This document shows, one piece after another, positions 33,551 to 50,243 of a DNA stretch of 64,000 nt. The translations under genes and the position numbers were made by a program. The notes below the pieces were generated by a model. That model had not been told where the DNA came from and searched no databases. It worked only from the letters and a program-made list of their open reading frames with translations. How positions within the stretch are numbered: the stretch's first letter is position 1; each line of letters begins with the position of its first letter. Source of the stretch: an uncultured Armatimonadetes bacterium (lineage in GTDB: Bacteria > Armatimonadota > UBA5829 > DTJY01); the NCBI GenBank assembly GCA_963717145.1, contig OY970325.1, positions 2,432,001 to 2,496,000 of the forward strand, given 5' to 3'.

Positions 33551-33579
33551 AGTATACTGAATGACTCCGCTTTTGTCAA
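33551..33579 (-). promoter_or_regulatory. sigma70 promoter of the str operon
   Basis: TTGACA-17 nt-TATACT. Confidence 0.8.
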
Positions 33580-33655
33580 GACGGGCATTCTGTTCTTTTT
33601 CGTGAAAAGTTGGTCACCTCACCTTAACAGCAGTCTGTGACCAAACAAACTCATC

Positions 33656-42162
<8,507 letters not shown>

Positions 42163-42192
42163 CTATCCCTCCTCAGTCAGGCACGAAGTCTT

Positions 42193-42221
42193 ATTCTAGC
42201 AGTATCCGAGGAGTTTGTCAA
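42193..42221 (-). promoter_or_regulatory. sigma70 promoter of rpoBC
   Basis: TTGACA-17 nt-TAGAAT with extended TG. Confidence 0.8.
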
Positions 42222-42270
42222 ACTTTGGAGGAAAAGCGAGAAGTTTTTTTCGGGGAGGCGTGATCGTCCG

Positions 42271-42421
42271 CCGCAGCCCCCTCAGTTGTTGGGGCCGGAC
42301 CTTAGTTGTTGGGGCGGGAGTTCAACTCCCGCCCCAACAACTGAGGGGCAACAACTAAGGGGGCTGCGGTCGGTAATCTGAGATGCTTCGGCAGCATGAT
42401 AAGGGGCGCTGCCGAAGCATC
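42271..42421. repeat. compound palindromes between rplL and rpoB
   Basis: Family G core 42308-42338 inside duplicated AGTTGTTGGGG arms; separate 14-bp inverted repeat 42382-42421. Confidence 0.8.
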
Positions 42422-42441
42422 GGACTGGCTCAGGCCGGCCG

Positions 42442-42819
42442 CTACTTGATCTCGACTGAGGCGCCCTCGGCCTCGAGCTTGGCCTTGATCGCCTCCGCGT
42501 CTTCCTTGTTGAGGCCCTGCTTGACCGGCTGCGGAGCTGACTCGACAAGGTCCTTGGCTTCCTTGAGTCCGAGGCTGGTAAGCTCGCGCACGACCTTGAT
42601 GACCTGAATCTTCTTCTCGCCGGCCCCGGTCAGGATGACGTCGAACGAGGTCTGCTCCTCCACTTCCTCGGCGGGAGCAGCGCCCGCCGCGGGACCTGCG
42701 GCCATGGGAGCGACTGCGCTCACGCCATACTTCTCCTGGAGAGCCTTCACGAGTTCGTTCAGCTCCAGGACCGTCAAACCATCGATGGTGTCTATGATCT
42801 TCTCAACTTTGTCTGCCAT
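42442..42819 (-). CDS. rplL: 50S ribosomal protein L7/L12
   Basis: [21 protein letters not shown]. Confidence 0.98.
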   Translation of the reverse strand: MADKVEKIIDTIDGLTVLELNELVKALQEKYGVSAVAPMAAGPAAGAAPAEEVEEQTSFDVILTGAGEKKIQVIKVVRELTSLGLKEAKDLVESAPQPVKQGLNKEDAEAIKAKLEAEGASVEIK

Positions 42820-42875
42820 TGCTTATGTTTCCTCCAGATGTGAAATGTGTAGTGCTCGCCCACAATCGGGCCTAT

Positions 42876-43403
42876 CTAAGCGGTCTTCTTTTCGGCTACG
42901 CCCTGCAGCGTGTAAACCAGGTTGGAGACCACGCCCTGCAATGTGCCCACGAGTCCCGTGATCGGCGACTGCACGGATCCAACCAGCATGGCGATCAACT
43001 GATCGCGCGGCGGAACCTTCGACAGGGCCGTAACGTCAGTCGGGCCGTAGAACCGGCCGTCCAGATATCCACCCTTGATGCTCAGGGTCTTGTGGTCCTT
43101 CATGAAGTCCACGATGGTCTTGGCCGGGGCGATCGGATCGTCATGTACGAATGCTATGGCGGTCGGGCCTGCCATAGTGCCGATGAGGTCCGGATCGTCG
43201 ATGCCCTCCGCCGCGCGCTTGAGCAGGGTGTTCTTGACGACCTTGTACTCGGCGCCGACAGCTCCCAGGTTGCGTCGGAGCAACGATATGGCACTCACGC
43301 TGAGGCCTCGATAGTCGGTGAGGTACATGGCCGTCGAACTCTCGATATCCGCTTTCAGTTCGCTGACCCGCTCCACCTTGTCTTCTCTTGGCAATTCACT
43401 CAC
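42876..43403 (-). CDS. rplJ: 50S ribosomal protein L10
   Basis: DYRGLSV, VVKNTL, GPTAIAF. Confidence 0.97.
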   Translation of the reverse strand: MSELPREDKVERVSELKADIESSTAMYLTDYRGLSVSAISLLRRNLGAVGAEYKVVKNTLLKRAAEGIDDPDLIGTMAGPTAIAFVHDDPIAPAKTIVDFMKDHKTLSIKGGYLDGRFYGPTDVTALSKVPPRDQLIAMLVGSVQSPITGLVGTLQGVVSNLVYTLQGVAEKKTA

Positions 43404-43428
43404 CTCCCTTTGTGCCTAAGCTCTCGGT

Positions 43429-43499
43429 GATGTCATTCTGAGCGAAGCGAAGAATCTCTCTCCTCGCCCGAGATTCTTCGCTTCGCTCAGAATGACATC
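43429..43499. repeat. GTCA-type REP-like 30-bp perfect inverted repeat
   Basis: GATGTCATTCTGAGCGAAGCGAAGAATCTC followed by its exact reverse complement. Confidence 0.9.
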
Positions 43500-43509
43500 T
43501 ACCAGACAA

Positions 43510-43660
43510 ATGAAAAAGGGACCTCCGTAGACACCGGGGATCCCTTGAAAAAGCTGATCTGCCGACAGACACATCTCTGTCGGTATGCTCCCGAGCCTCG
43601 GCGGGCGGGTTCTCTGAACCCCTTAAGTCCCGAAGGACACCTGCTGTCTACGGCATATTC
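43510..43660 (-). ncRNA. L10 leader (ribosomal protein autoregulatory RNA) with terminator
   Basis: CCGUAGACAGCAGG ... UUAA ... CCGCCGAGG, GUCUACGG complement, and GGGA...UCCC-UUUUU upstream of rplJ. Confidence 0.85.
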
Positions 43661-43680
43661 CTTATGCAGTTACGCCGGAT

Positions 43681-43710
43681 ATGCTACCACACTCCGGCCG
43701 GATCTGTCAA
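43681..43710 (-). promoter_or_regulatory. promoter of rplJL
   Basis: TTGACA-18 nt-TAGCAT with extended TG; hairpin 43711-43748 abuts the -35 box. Confidence 0.65.
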
Positions 43711-43755
43711 CGTCCGAACCTGTCCGATCGGCCGGACGGGTTCGGACGAGACTGG

Positions 43756-45381
43756 TTACAGTGCGATTCCGACTCCCGATCCTGCTGTTGATCGCTCCGG
43801 CACTATGGTCGGGGTCAGGAAGATCAGAAGCTCCCTGTCCTCAGTGCTCTTGGTAACGCTCCTGAACAGAGGGCCAATGAGCGGAAGGTCTCCGAGCAGC
43901 GGGATCTTGGTGACGCCGTTGTTCTCGGTCTTACGGATGATTCCGCCGACGACGATCGTCTCGCCATTCATGACGCGCCGGGTGGTGGTCAAGGACTGCT
44001 GGTTCACGGCGGGCAACTGACTGCTCCCGTCCGGGGCGCTGAACATTTCACCCTGATCGGATACCTGTGGCTGAAGGGTGACGGTGATCGATTCGTCGCC
44101 GTTGATCCTGGGCAGCACCATCAGCATGCTCGAGATGCTCAGCATGTTCACTGTCTGAGTCGTCTGCGTATTACCGGTTCCATAGTAGCCGGACGAGGTC
44201 CAGTACGGTATCTGTTTCTGTATCTGTATCGTCGCAGGCTGATTGTTCAAAGTAGAGATAATCGGCGCATTGACCAGCTTAGCCTTGTTCTGGAGAACCT
44301 GGGTCCTGAGATTGGCCATGACGTTGCCATTTGCGTAGCCGAAGACCACGTTGCCGCCAGGGTTGAAGTGGGTCTCGAATACCTGGCCAAGCCGCTGGAT
44401 GCTCCAGTCGATGCCGAGGTTGGACGATTCGCTGGTGTTGATCTCGACGAACTCGGCTTTGATGCTGACCTGCCTCGGCGCGATATCCAGCTTCTTGATA
44501 AGCTCGTGCAGTTCTTCGATTCCTTCCGGCGTGCCCTTGACCAGCAGAGAGTTGTCAGCGGGATACGGCATCAGATAATCGATGCCTTCCGGCATGAGGC
44601 TCTGTGTGTTATTCGGCTGGTTCGGCTGGTTCGGATTCGTCGGGTTCGGACTTGGTGGGTTCCGCGGGTTGAACGGAGGCGGACCCTGCGCTGCTTCCCC
44701 GGATAACGTCGGCGCCCTGCCGGCCTCTCCGGTATCCCCGCCGGCCATGTCGATGAGCGGCGGAGTGCTGTCATACCGCGTGTTCATCGATGCGCCCGGC
44801 ATGTGGACGACGGGCTGAGCCGCCGCGTTGATGATGTCGAGGGCTTGCTCGGGCTTGTATGCGCCCAGCAGCCACATCATGTCCACGGGGCTGGTGTTGT
44901 GCAGCTTCAGAGAGTCGAATTTGACATCACGTCGCGCCTCTCTTGCCAGACTGCCTGCCCGGTCGAACGAGTTCGCTCCGCCATCAGTGAGCATCGGAGT
45001 CTGGTGGACGGCGCTGGATGCCTTGGGGGATTCCACCTTCGGCGAGCCGCCGACGATGTACGTTCCATCGGGCTCGCGACTCCACGTGCATCCAGCGCTC
45101 TCCACAATGTATCTGAGCGCTGTGTCAAGCGTGACATTGGTCAATGTCGCGGACACCCTGCTGCGTAGCTTGGCATCGTCTGCGATGACGATGTTCTGTC
45201 CGCTGTCTTTGGCAAGCATCCGAACGACCATAGTCAGCTCGATATCGGCAACGTCGAGCGATATGGTTCCCCCGGTAGCTTTCTGGGCCAGTGCCGTGCA
45301 GGCGATCGCCAAAACGAGGCTGAGCACGGTCACAAGCAGCGCGACTTTACCTAGTCGCTGTATGCTCATCGAATCCATCAA
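43756..45381 (-). CDS. secretin (PilQ/GspD family)
   Basis: Signal peptide, N0-like domain, LIKKLDIAPRQVSIKAEFVE, GETIVVGGI, KIPLLGDLPLIGPLFRS, ELLIFLTPTIV. Confidence 0.92.
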   Translation of the reverse strand: MMDSMSIQRLGKVALLVTVLSLVLAIACTALAQKATGGTISLDVADIELTMVVRMLAKDSGQNIVIADDAKLRSRVSATLTNVTLDTALRYIVESAGCTWSREPDGTYIVGGSPKVESPKASSAVHQTPMLTDGGANSFDRAGSLAREARRDVKFDSLKLHNTSPVDMMWLLGAYKPEQALDIINAAAQPVVHMPGASMNTRYDSTPPLIDMAGGDTGEAGRAPTLSGEAAQGPPPFNPRNPPSPNPTNPNQPNQPNNTQSLMPEGIDYLMPYPADNSLLVKGTPEGIEELHELIKKLDIAPRQVSIKAEFVEINTSESSNLGIDWSIQRLGQVFETHFNPGGNVVFGYANGNVMANLRTQVLQNKAKLVNAPIISTLNNQPATIQIQKQIPYWTSSGYYGTGNTQTTQTVNMLSISSMLMVLPRINGDESITVTLQPQVSDQGEMFSAPDGSSQLPAVNQQSLTTTRRVMNGETIVVGGIIRKTENNGVTKIPLLGDLPLIGPLFRSVTKSTEDRELLIFLTPTIVPERSTAGSGVGIAL

Positions 45382-45436
45382 AGTTTCCTCCCCCGGACAC
45401 TAACTCGATTATGTGAAAGAGTGCCTGATATCGGTA

Positions 45437-46186
45437 CTACCATCTGCGGCCGCCGCCGCCGCCATAGCCGCCGCTCATGCCGCCGCCATAGCCACCCATG
45501 CCGCTGCTCATGCCGCCACCATAGCCGCCCATGCCGCCACCATAGCCACCCATGCCGCCGCCCATGCCGCCGCCATAGCCACCCATGCCGCCACCACCAT
45601 AGCCACCGCCGCCATAGCCGCCCATGCCGCCGCCCATCATGCCGCCGCCCATGCCGCCCATCATGCCCATGCCACCGCCCATGCCGCCATAGCCGCCGCC
45701 CATACCGCCGCTCATGCCGCCCTGGTACTGAGCGCCGAAGATCGCTCCGATCTCATTCACGTCGGCATAGTTTATGCGGATCTTCTCAAGCGATGTGCTT
45801 CTTGCGATTTCGGTGTTATCGGAGGACACCAGATCATTGGACGTCGCTGCCACGGCCTGGACTTCCTTCTTGGGGCCGATCATGTACGTATTATTCTCGC
45901 GGCGCATCGTAAGGCCCGCGCTTCGAAGAACTACCTGCAGAGCCTGATCGAACGGAACATCTGCAAGGTTCACGTTCACTACACCGGAAATGGCTCCCTC
46001 AAAAGCATAGTTTAGACCTGCCTCACGGAACAGCATATCTATTGCGGTCTTGACCGGCGTGTCCTGCAGGCTGATCGTAATGACTTTGTCAGCGGCGGAA
46101 CTCTGCTGCGCGACCGCTATTCCTCCGCTTGCCGTAAGCAATACGGCAAGGGTGATCAGAATCAGTGCACTCTGTTTCACTTTCAT
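45437..46186 (-). CDS. exported secretin-N (STN/N0-like) domain protein with Gly/Met/Tyr low-complexity tail
   Basis: Signal peptide; ITISLQDTPVKTAIDMLF, VNVNLADVPFDQALQVVL; then GGYGGGMG-like repeats. Confidence 0.75.
   Translation of the reverse strand: MKVKQSALILITLAVLLTASGGIAVAQQSSAADKVITISLQDTPVKTAIDMLFREAGLNYAFEGAISGVVNVNLADVPFDQALQVVLRSAGLTMRRENNTYMIGPKKEVQAVAATSNDLVSSDNTEIARSTSLEKIRINYADVNEIGAIFGAQYQGGMSGGMGGGYGGMGGGMGMMGGMGGGMMGGGMGGYGGGGYGGGGMGGYGGGMGGGMGGYGGGMGGYGGGMSSGMGGYGGGMSGGYGGGGGRRW
45446..45720. repeat. coding low-complexity tandem repeats (GCCGCCCAT / GCCATAGCC)
   Basis: Encode the Gly/Met/Tyr tail of the minus-strand gene. Confidence 0.9.
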
Positions 46187-46287
46187 TCCAGACTCTCCTT
46201 AAAGGCAGGTGCGCCTGCACACTGTCAGTAGTATGACGACGAAACTCGACCCTATGTTCACGGGCTTCGTTCGCCACGCAAGTATTC

Positions 46288-47097
46288 TTAGAGACCCGGC
46301 GGCGGCGGCGTCTCTTCCGGAATCTGGTTCGAACCACCGGGTCGGGGACGCGGTCTTCCGCCCGCGTTCGGAGGTGGAGGCTCGTTGCCCATGTTGCCCG
46401 AGGCGCCCTGATCCTGTGCTCCCGGAGAGCCCGCCAGATTGACGCGTATATACATCGGATGCTTCGTGTCGAGCGTGGCGAGTGTGAGCCCGCTTGGCTC
46501 GATGCTCTCCACTCGGACACGCTCATCAGGAATGATGTCTCCGGGTCTGACGACGATTGTCTTTCCGCCGCTTTCGAGAATCGCCTTGACGGTGGGGCCC
46601 CACATGATGCCTGCGACGCGCCTCATCGGCTGAGGCGGTAGAACTTCATCGGGCTCGAAGCCGGGAAGCCCGCCGTCGTTCCTCTCGACTCTGGCCGGTG
46701 CAAGGCGTATATGACTTACACCCGGCAGTATCGCGATCAGCGCATCGTTCTTCTTCGGTGGGCCCGAGTAGCCCATGAAAGGGTCCTTTCGGTAAGCCAG
46801 CATCGGCGGAACCTTGCCTGCAGCCAGTACAGCAGCGGAAGGCTGCGAGGGTGTTGCCTGTCCGGCGCCACCCTGTGCTTGCGGCCCGGCTGGTGGCGTG
46901 GCCTGAGACATATCCGGGGCGGTTGCCTGGGACATATCAGGGGTGGCCGTGTAGCTTCCCTGACTGCTGCCCCCACCGCCGATGATGCCGAACTGCTTCA
47001 GGTAGAAAAGGACCACCAGCACGAGTACGATCGCGGCAACGGCGCCGACAATCGGTGTATTCTTCTTATCGGATAGAAATGCTTTGAACTTATCCAT
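46288..47097 (-). CDS. membrane-anchored Pro-rich protein in the PilP/GspC position
   Basis: One N-terminal TM helix; RKDPF motif; KAILE...IVVRPGD beta-domain pattern; follows the pilO-like gene. Confidence 0.55.
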   Translation of the reverse strand: MDKFKAFLSDKKNTPIVGAVAAIVLVLVVLFYLKQFGIIGGGGSSQGSYTATPDMSQATAPDMSQATPPAGPQAQGGAGQATPSQPSAAVLAAGKVPPMLAYRKDPFMGYSGPPKKNDALIAILPGVSHIRLAPARVERNDGGLPGFEPDEVLPPQPMRRVAGIMWGPTVKAILESGGKTIVVRPGDIIPDERVRVESIEPSGLTLATLDTKHPMYIRVNLAGSPGAQDQGASGNMGNEPPPPNAGGRPRPRPGGSNQIPEETPPPPGL

Positions 47098-47116
47098 CAG
47101 TGGTTCCTAGTCTATT

Positions 47117-47797
47117 CTACTGTACGGACCCCTGGCTCGCACCAGAGGAGTTGCTCGCAACTGCAGCACCGGAACTCATCTGGAACTCCGGCCCGGCTGT
47201 TCCGCTCGGCACGAGGTATACAGTAACGCCATATTCGCCGGTCATGAACGGACTGACGCCGGAGATCTTCACTGGTGTCAACTGCACCAATCGGTTGAAG
47301 TTGTTCCACCTGCGAATGTGACTCATGATGGTATGGAAATCACCCATCACCTGGAAGGTGCCGATGTCGATCGATACCACGCTGGTGCTGATCGCGTTCG
47401 GATCGGTCGGGGCTGCGGGAACCTGGACGCCGCTGAGTAGTCGCACGCCTGTCTTACGCGGCCAGCTCTGGAGCATCGGGCCGAGCACTTCCGCCTGCTC
47501 CTTCCACAGGGCGATCATGCCTTGCGGACGATCCGCAAATGTGATCGCAGGCATCTTGGCCCGCATGAACCGAGAGTACGAGGTCACCTGCCTGTTGAAC
47601 TCGTCCTTGACCTGAACCAGCTTCCTCTGATCGCTCTGCAAACGGTTGGCAACTTCAGTCGCCGCCTGGAGTTCGGTCTCGACTACGGCGATCCGCTCGT
47701 TCGCTGGTTTGATAACAAGGAAGAAGAGGCCCGCCACGACAAGGGCGCAGGCGGCGCATCCGATTATAATGACATGTATCTTTCTAAGCTTTGACAT
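47117..47797 (-). CDS. PilO-like pilus assembly protein
   Basis: TM helix plus coiled coil; GDFHTIMSHI...NRLV ferredoxin-like end; follows the pilN-like gene. Confidence 0.7.
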   Translation of the reverse strand: MSKLRKIHVIIIGCAACALVVAGLFFLVIKPANERIAVVETELQAATEVANRLQSDQRKLVQVKDEFNRQVTSYSRFMRAKMPAITFADRPQGMIALWKEQAEVLGPMLQSWPRKTGVRLLSGVQVPAAPTDPNAISTSVVSIDIGTFQVMGDFHTIMSHIRRWNNFNRLVQLTPVKISGVSPFMTGEYGVTVYLVPSGTAGPEFQMSSGAAVASNSSGASQGSVQ

Positions 47798-47824
47798 TTT
47801 TCCTAACCTACCTGCCGACGGCGA

Positions 47825-48529
47825 TTATTGGTTCGGGTTCAAACCAGGCGGCGGCGGAGTCTCAACCGGTATCTGAGAGTTTGGCGAACCGGGAGCCCCT
47901 ACAGGGGACGACGGCGAGCTGTAACTGCCCGAACTCGACCCGCTCGATCCACTGCCTCCCAGCGACGCGGGCATCGTCGGCGGATCGATAGGGCTGACCA
48001 GCGTGCATGTCACGCTGAAGTCGAAACCTGCGGCCGGGTTGCTCGGGTAGCCCGGTACAGCGGAAATCTTGACGTCGCTGAAAAGATGCCGAGCGCGATA
48101 GATATTGAGCAGATACCGTCCGCAGTCGCCCAGGCTATTTGCGTGAGCCTGTATCGTCAACTGGTTGTTGGCCGGCTCGATCGATCGGTAGAGTACCCGC
48201 TCATAGGTGTACTTGGCGAGTTCCTCGTACAGCGCGGGAAACTTGACGTTGTAGGCCATGACGGCGTTGAAGTAGTCCATCCGGTCCTTGATCGGCGGGA
48301 TCTTCGCTTCCTCGGCCTTGATGGTATTCTCGAGCGCCAGCACCTGATCCTTTCGCTGGTTCATGATGGCAAGCTGCGACTTCAAGTCGGCTTCCCTCTT
48401 GCCGAGCGTGTACCACCAGGCTACCATGCTGCCAAATACCACCATGAAGATCATGGCGAAGAGCAGAGCAGTCTGACGCACTTTGCGTCTTTCGTATATA
48501 TATGGTGGAAGGAGATTGATCTTGAGCAC
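47825..48529 (-). CDS. pilN: PilN-like pilus assembly protein
   Basis: N-terminal INLLP PilM-binding motif, TM helix, coiled coil. Confidence 0.82.
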   Translation of the reverse strand: MLKINLLPPYIYERRKVRQTALLFAMIFMVVFGSMVAWWYTLGKREADLKSQLAIMNQRKDQVLALENTIKAEEAKIPPIKDRMDYFNAVMAYNVKFPALYEELAKYTYERVLYRSIEPANNQLTIQAHANSLGDCGRYLLNIYRARHLFSDVKISAVPGYPSNPAAGFDFSVTCTLVSPIDPPTMPASLGGSGSSGSSSGSYSSPSSPVGAPGSPNSQIPVETPPPPGLNPNQ

Positions 48530-48535
48530 GGCGCG

Positions 48536-50052
48536 CTATTCTCCTATCATATCCCTGATCGCCAGGCCTATGCTGACCGGGAAGACGGCCGCTACCTCGT
48601 GCAGATAGCCCTCGGAAACGCCACGCGAGGATACGCCGATTGACGTCATCGGGTTCGCGACGACCGTAGGGATGCCCAGTTGCGATTCGAAGAACTTATC
48701 AAGGTCGGGGATCTTGGCTGTACCCCCGCAGATGATCACCTTATCGGGCTGGGTCTGGTAGCGACTCATGAAATACTCTATGGAGCGCCTGACTTCCGCG
48801 ACCAGGTCGTGCAGAACGGGCGCGATTGCATCGAATACCTGCTCATCCGCGAAAGCCGCCAGCTCGATCTCAGCGGCTTCGCCGGCTCCGCGGGTTGATC
48901 GTCCACAACCGACGCCGGCTTGGACGACATTATCAGGTCGGAAACATCGCCGACGTCTCCGGAAAGGTCGAGGCTCGGAGCTGCGGCGGCGACACCCGGC
49001 GCGGGCTCATCGTCCATGCCAAGGTCAAAGGGCAGCGCGGAGCCGGTACTGCTCGAACCGATATCGATATCAAAGGCCGGGTCCGTAGACGCGGGCGCGA
49101 CAGGTGACGCGGGCTCGCCTGCGCCCCTCGATGTGAACCCCAGCCCGGGGATGAAATCCATGTTGTCGTCGGCCTCCGCTGCTTGCGGGGAACTCGACAG
49201 ATTGATCGTTGGCGCGCCGTAGCCATCACCGAGATCGATCGCTTCCGGCTGGCCGAAGCCGAGATCGGCGTTATAGTGATCCGCCCGCTCCATCATGACT
49301 CTCGCCTGCTCGCGCTTCAACTGCTCGGCCTGGTCAAGCGTGATCTGCAATGAGTCGCTGAGCGCGCGGGTGATCGCCTTGCCGGCGATGGGAAGACTTC
49401 GCGGGAATGCGAGTAGCCCATTCTGAAATACGCTGATGTCGGTCAAGTCGTTACCGATGTTGACCAGCGCCACCGTCTGGGTATCTTCACCCATCGTGGA
49501 GGAATCGATGACTGAGCGGGATGCCGCGAGCGGCTCGACGTCTATTGCCACGGGATCGAGACCCGCCGCAAAGAGCGTTTCGACGTGGCGATTGACGAGG
49601 TCCTGCTGAGCGACTGCGAGGAGGACTTCCATGTTCTGGTCGTCCTGAGCGTCAGTTGGCTTCTCGATCGCGGCGAAGTCCATGACGACTTCATTCGCAG
49701 AGAAGGGAACGTGCCGCTCGATCTCCCATTTCATCGTCTCGGCCAGTTCCTTCTTGGTCATCTTCGGCACTTCGATGATGCGGACGACGACAGACGACTG
49801 GCCGGACACAGAAGAGACGCATCGCTTGGTCTGGATACCGCTTTCGGAAAGCAACTGGCGTATGGCGCGTCCGAGACCCTGTGGGTCCATGATGACATCA
49901 TCGGCTACTGTGCCTTCGGGTGTCGGACACACTCCCAGTGCGGTAATCTGCGGGCCGGTTTTCCCTGATCTCGCCTCTACAACTTTTATCAAACTGGAGC
50001 CGATGTCGAGACCGACAGTTGGCGCGCCCCCGGATTTCTTCTTGAATCCCAT
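48536..50052 (-). CDS. pilM: type IV pilus assembly protein PilM with long acidic insertion (one indel near 48850-48900)
   Basis: VGLDIGSSLIKVVE, WEIERHVPF, VLLAVA; in the next frame EVRRSIEYF, ICGGTA, IGLAIR. Confidence 0.9.
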
Positions 50053-50146
50053 TAATAACTCCGTCAACTGCAACCTGCGATCGCTCCCTCGGTGCAACTG
50101 CCCTGCCGGTATACGTAACCGACGGGATACCATTCGCAGGCATTAG

Positions 50147-50176
50147 ATATTATCACTTCCCGGTGGGGTTTGTCAA
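50147..50176 (-). promoter_or_regulatory. candidate promoter of the pilM-secretin unit
   Basis: TTGACA-18 nt-TAATAT with extended TG. Confidence 0.55.
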
Positions 50177-50243
50177 CGATCTCGGCAAGAAGGAAGCTCA
50201 TTGGAGAGACCATCGCCTCAACCCTCCAGCGGTGTTTCTGCGA

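Noticed and set aside
45413-46015. Plus-strand Ala/His-rich ORF, or a CRISPR-like array
   Set aside because: It is the antisense shadow of the Gly/Met/Tyr tail; there is no repeat-spacer structure and no cas gene.
48778-48900. Split pilM, and the split propeller gene at about 60590
   Set aside because: Homology or coding character continues in the adjacent frame with no convincing new RBS; treated as single genes with an indel.
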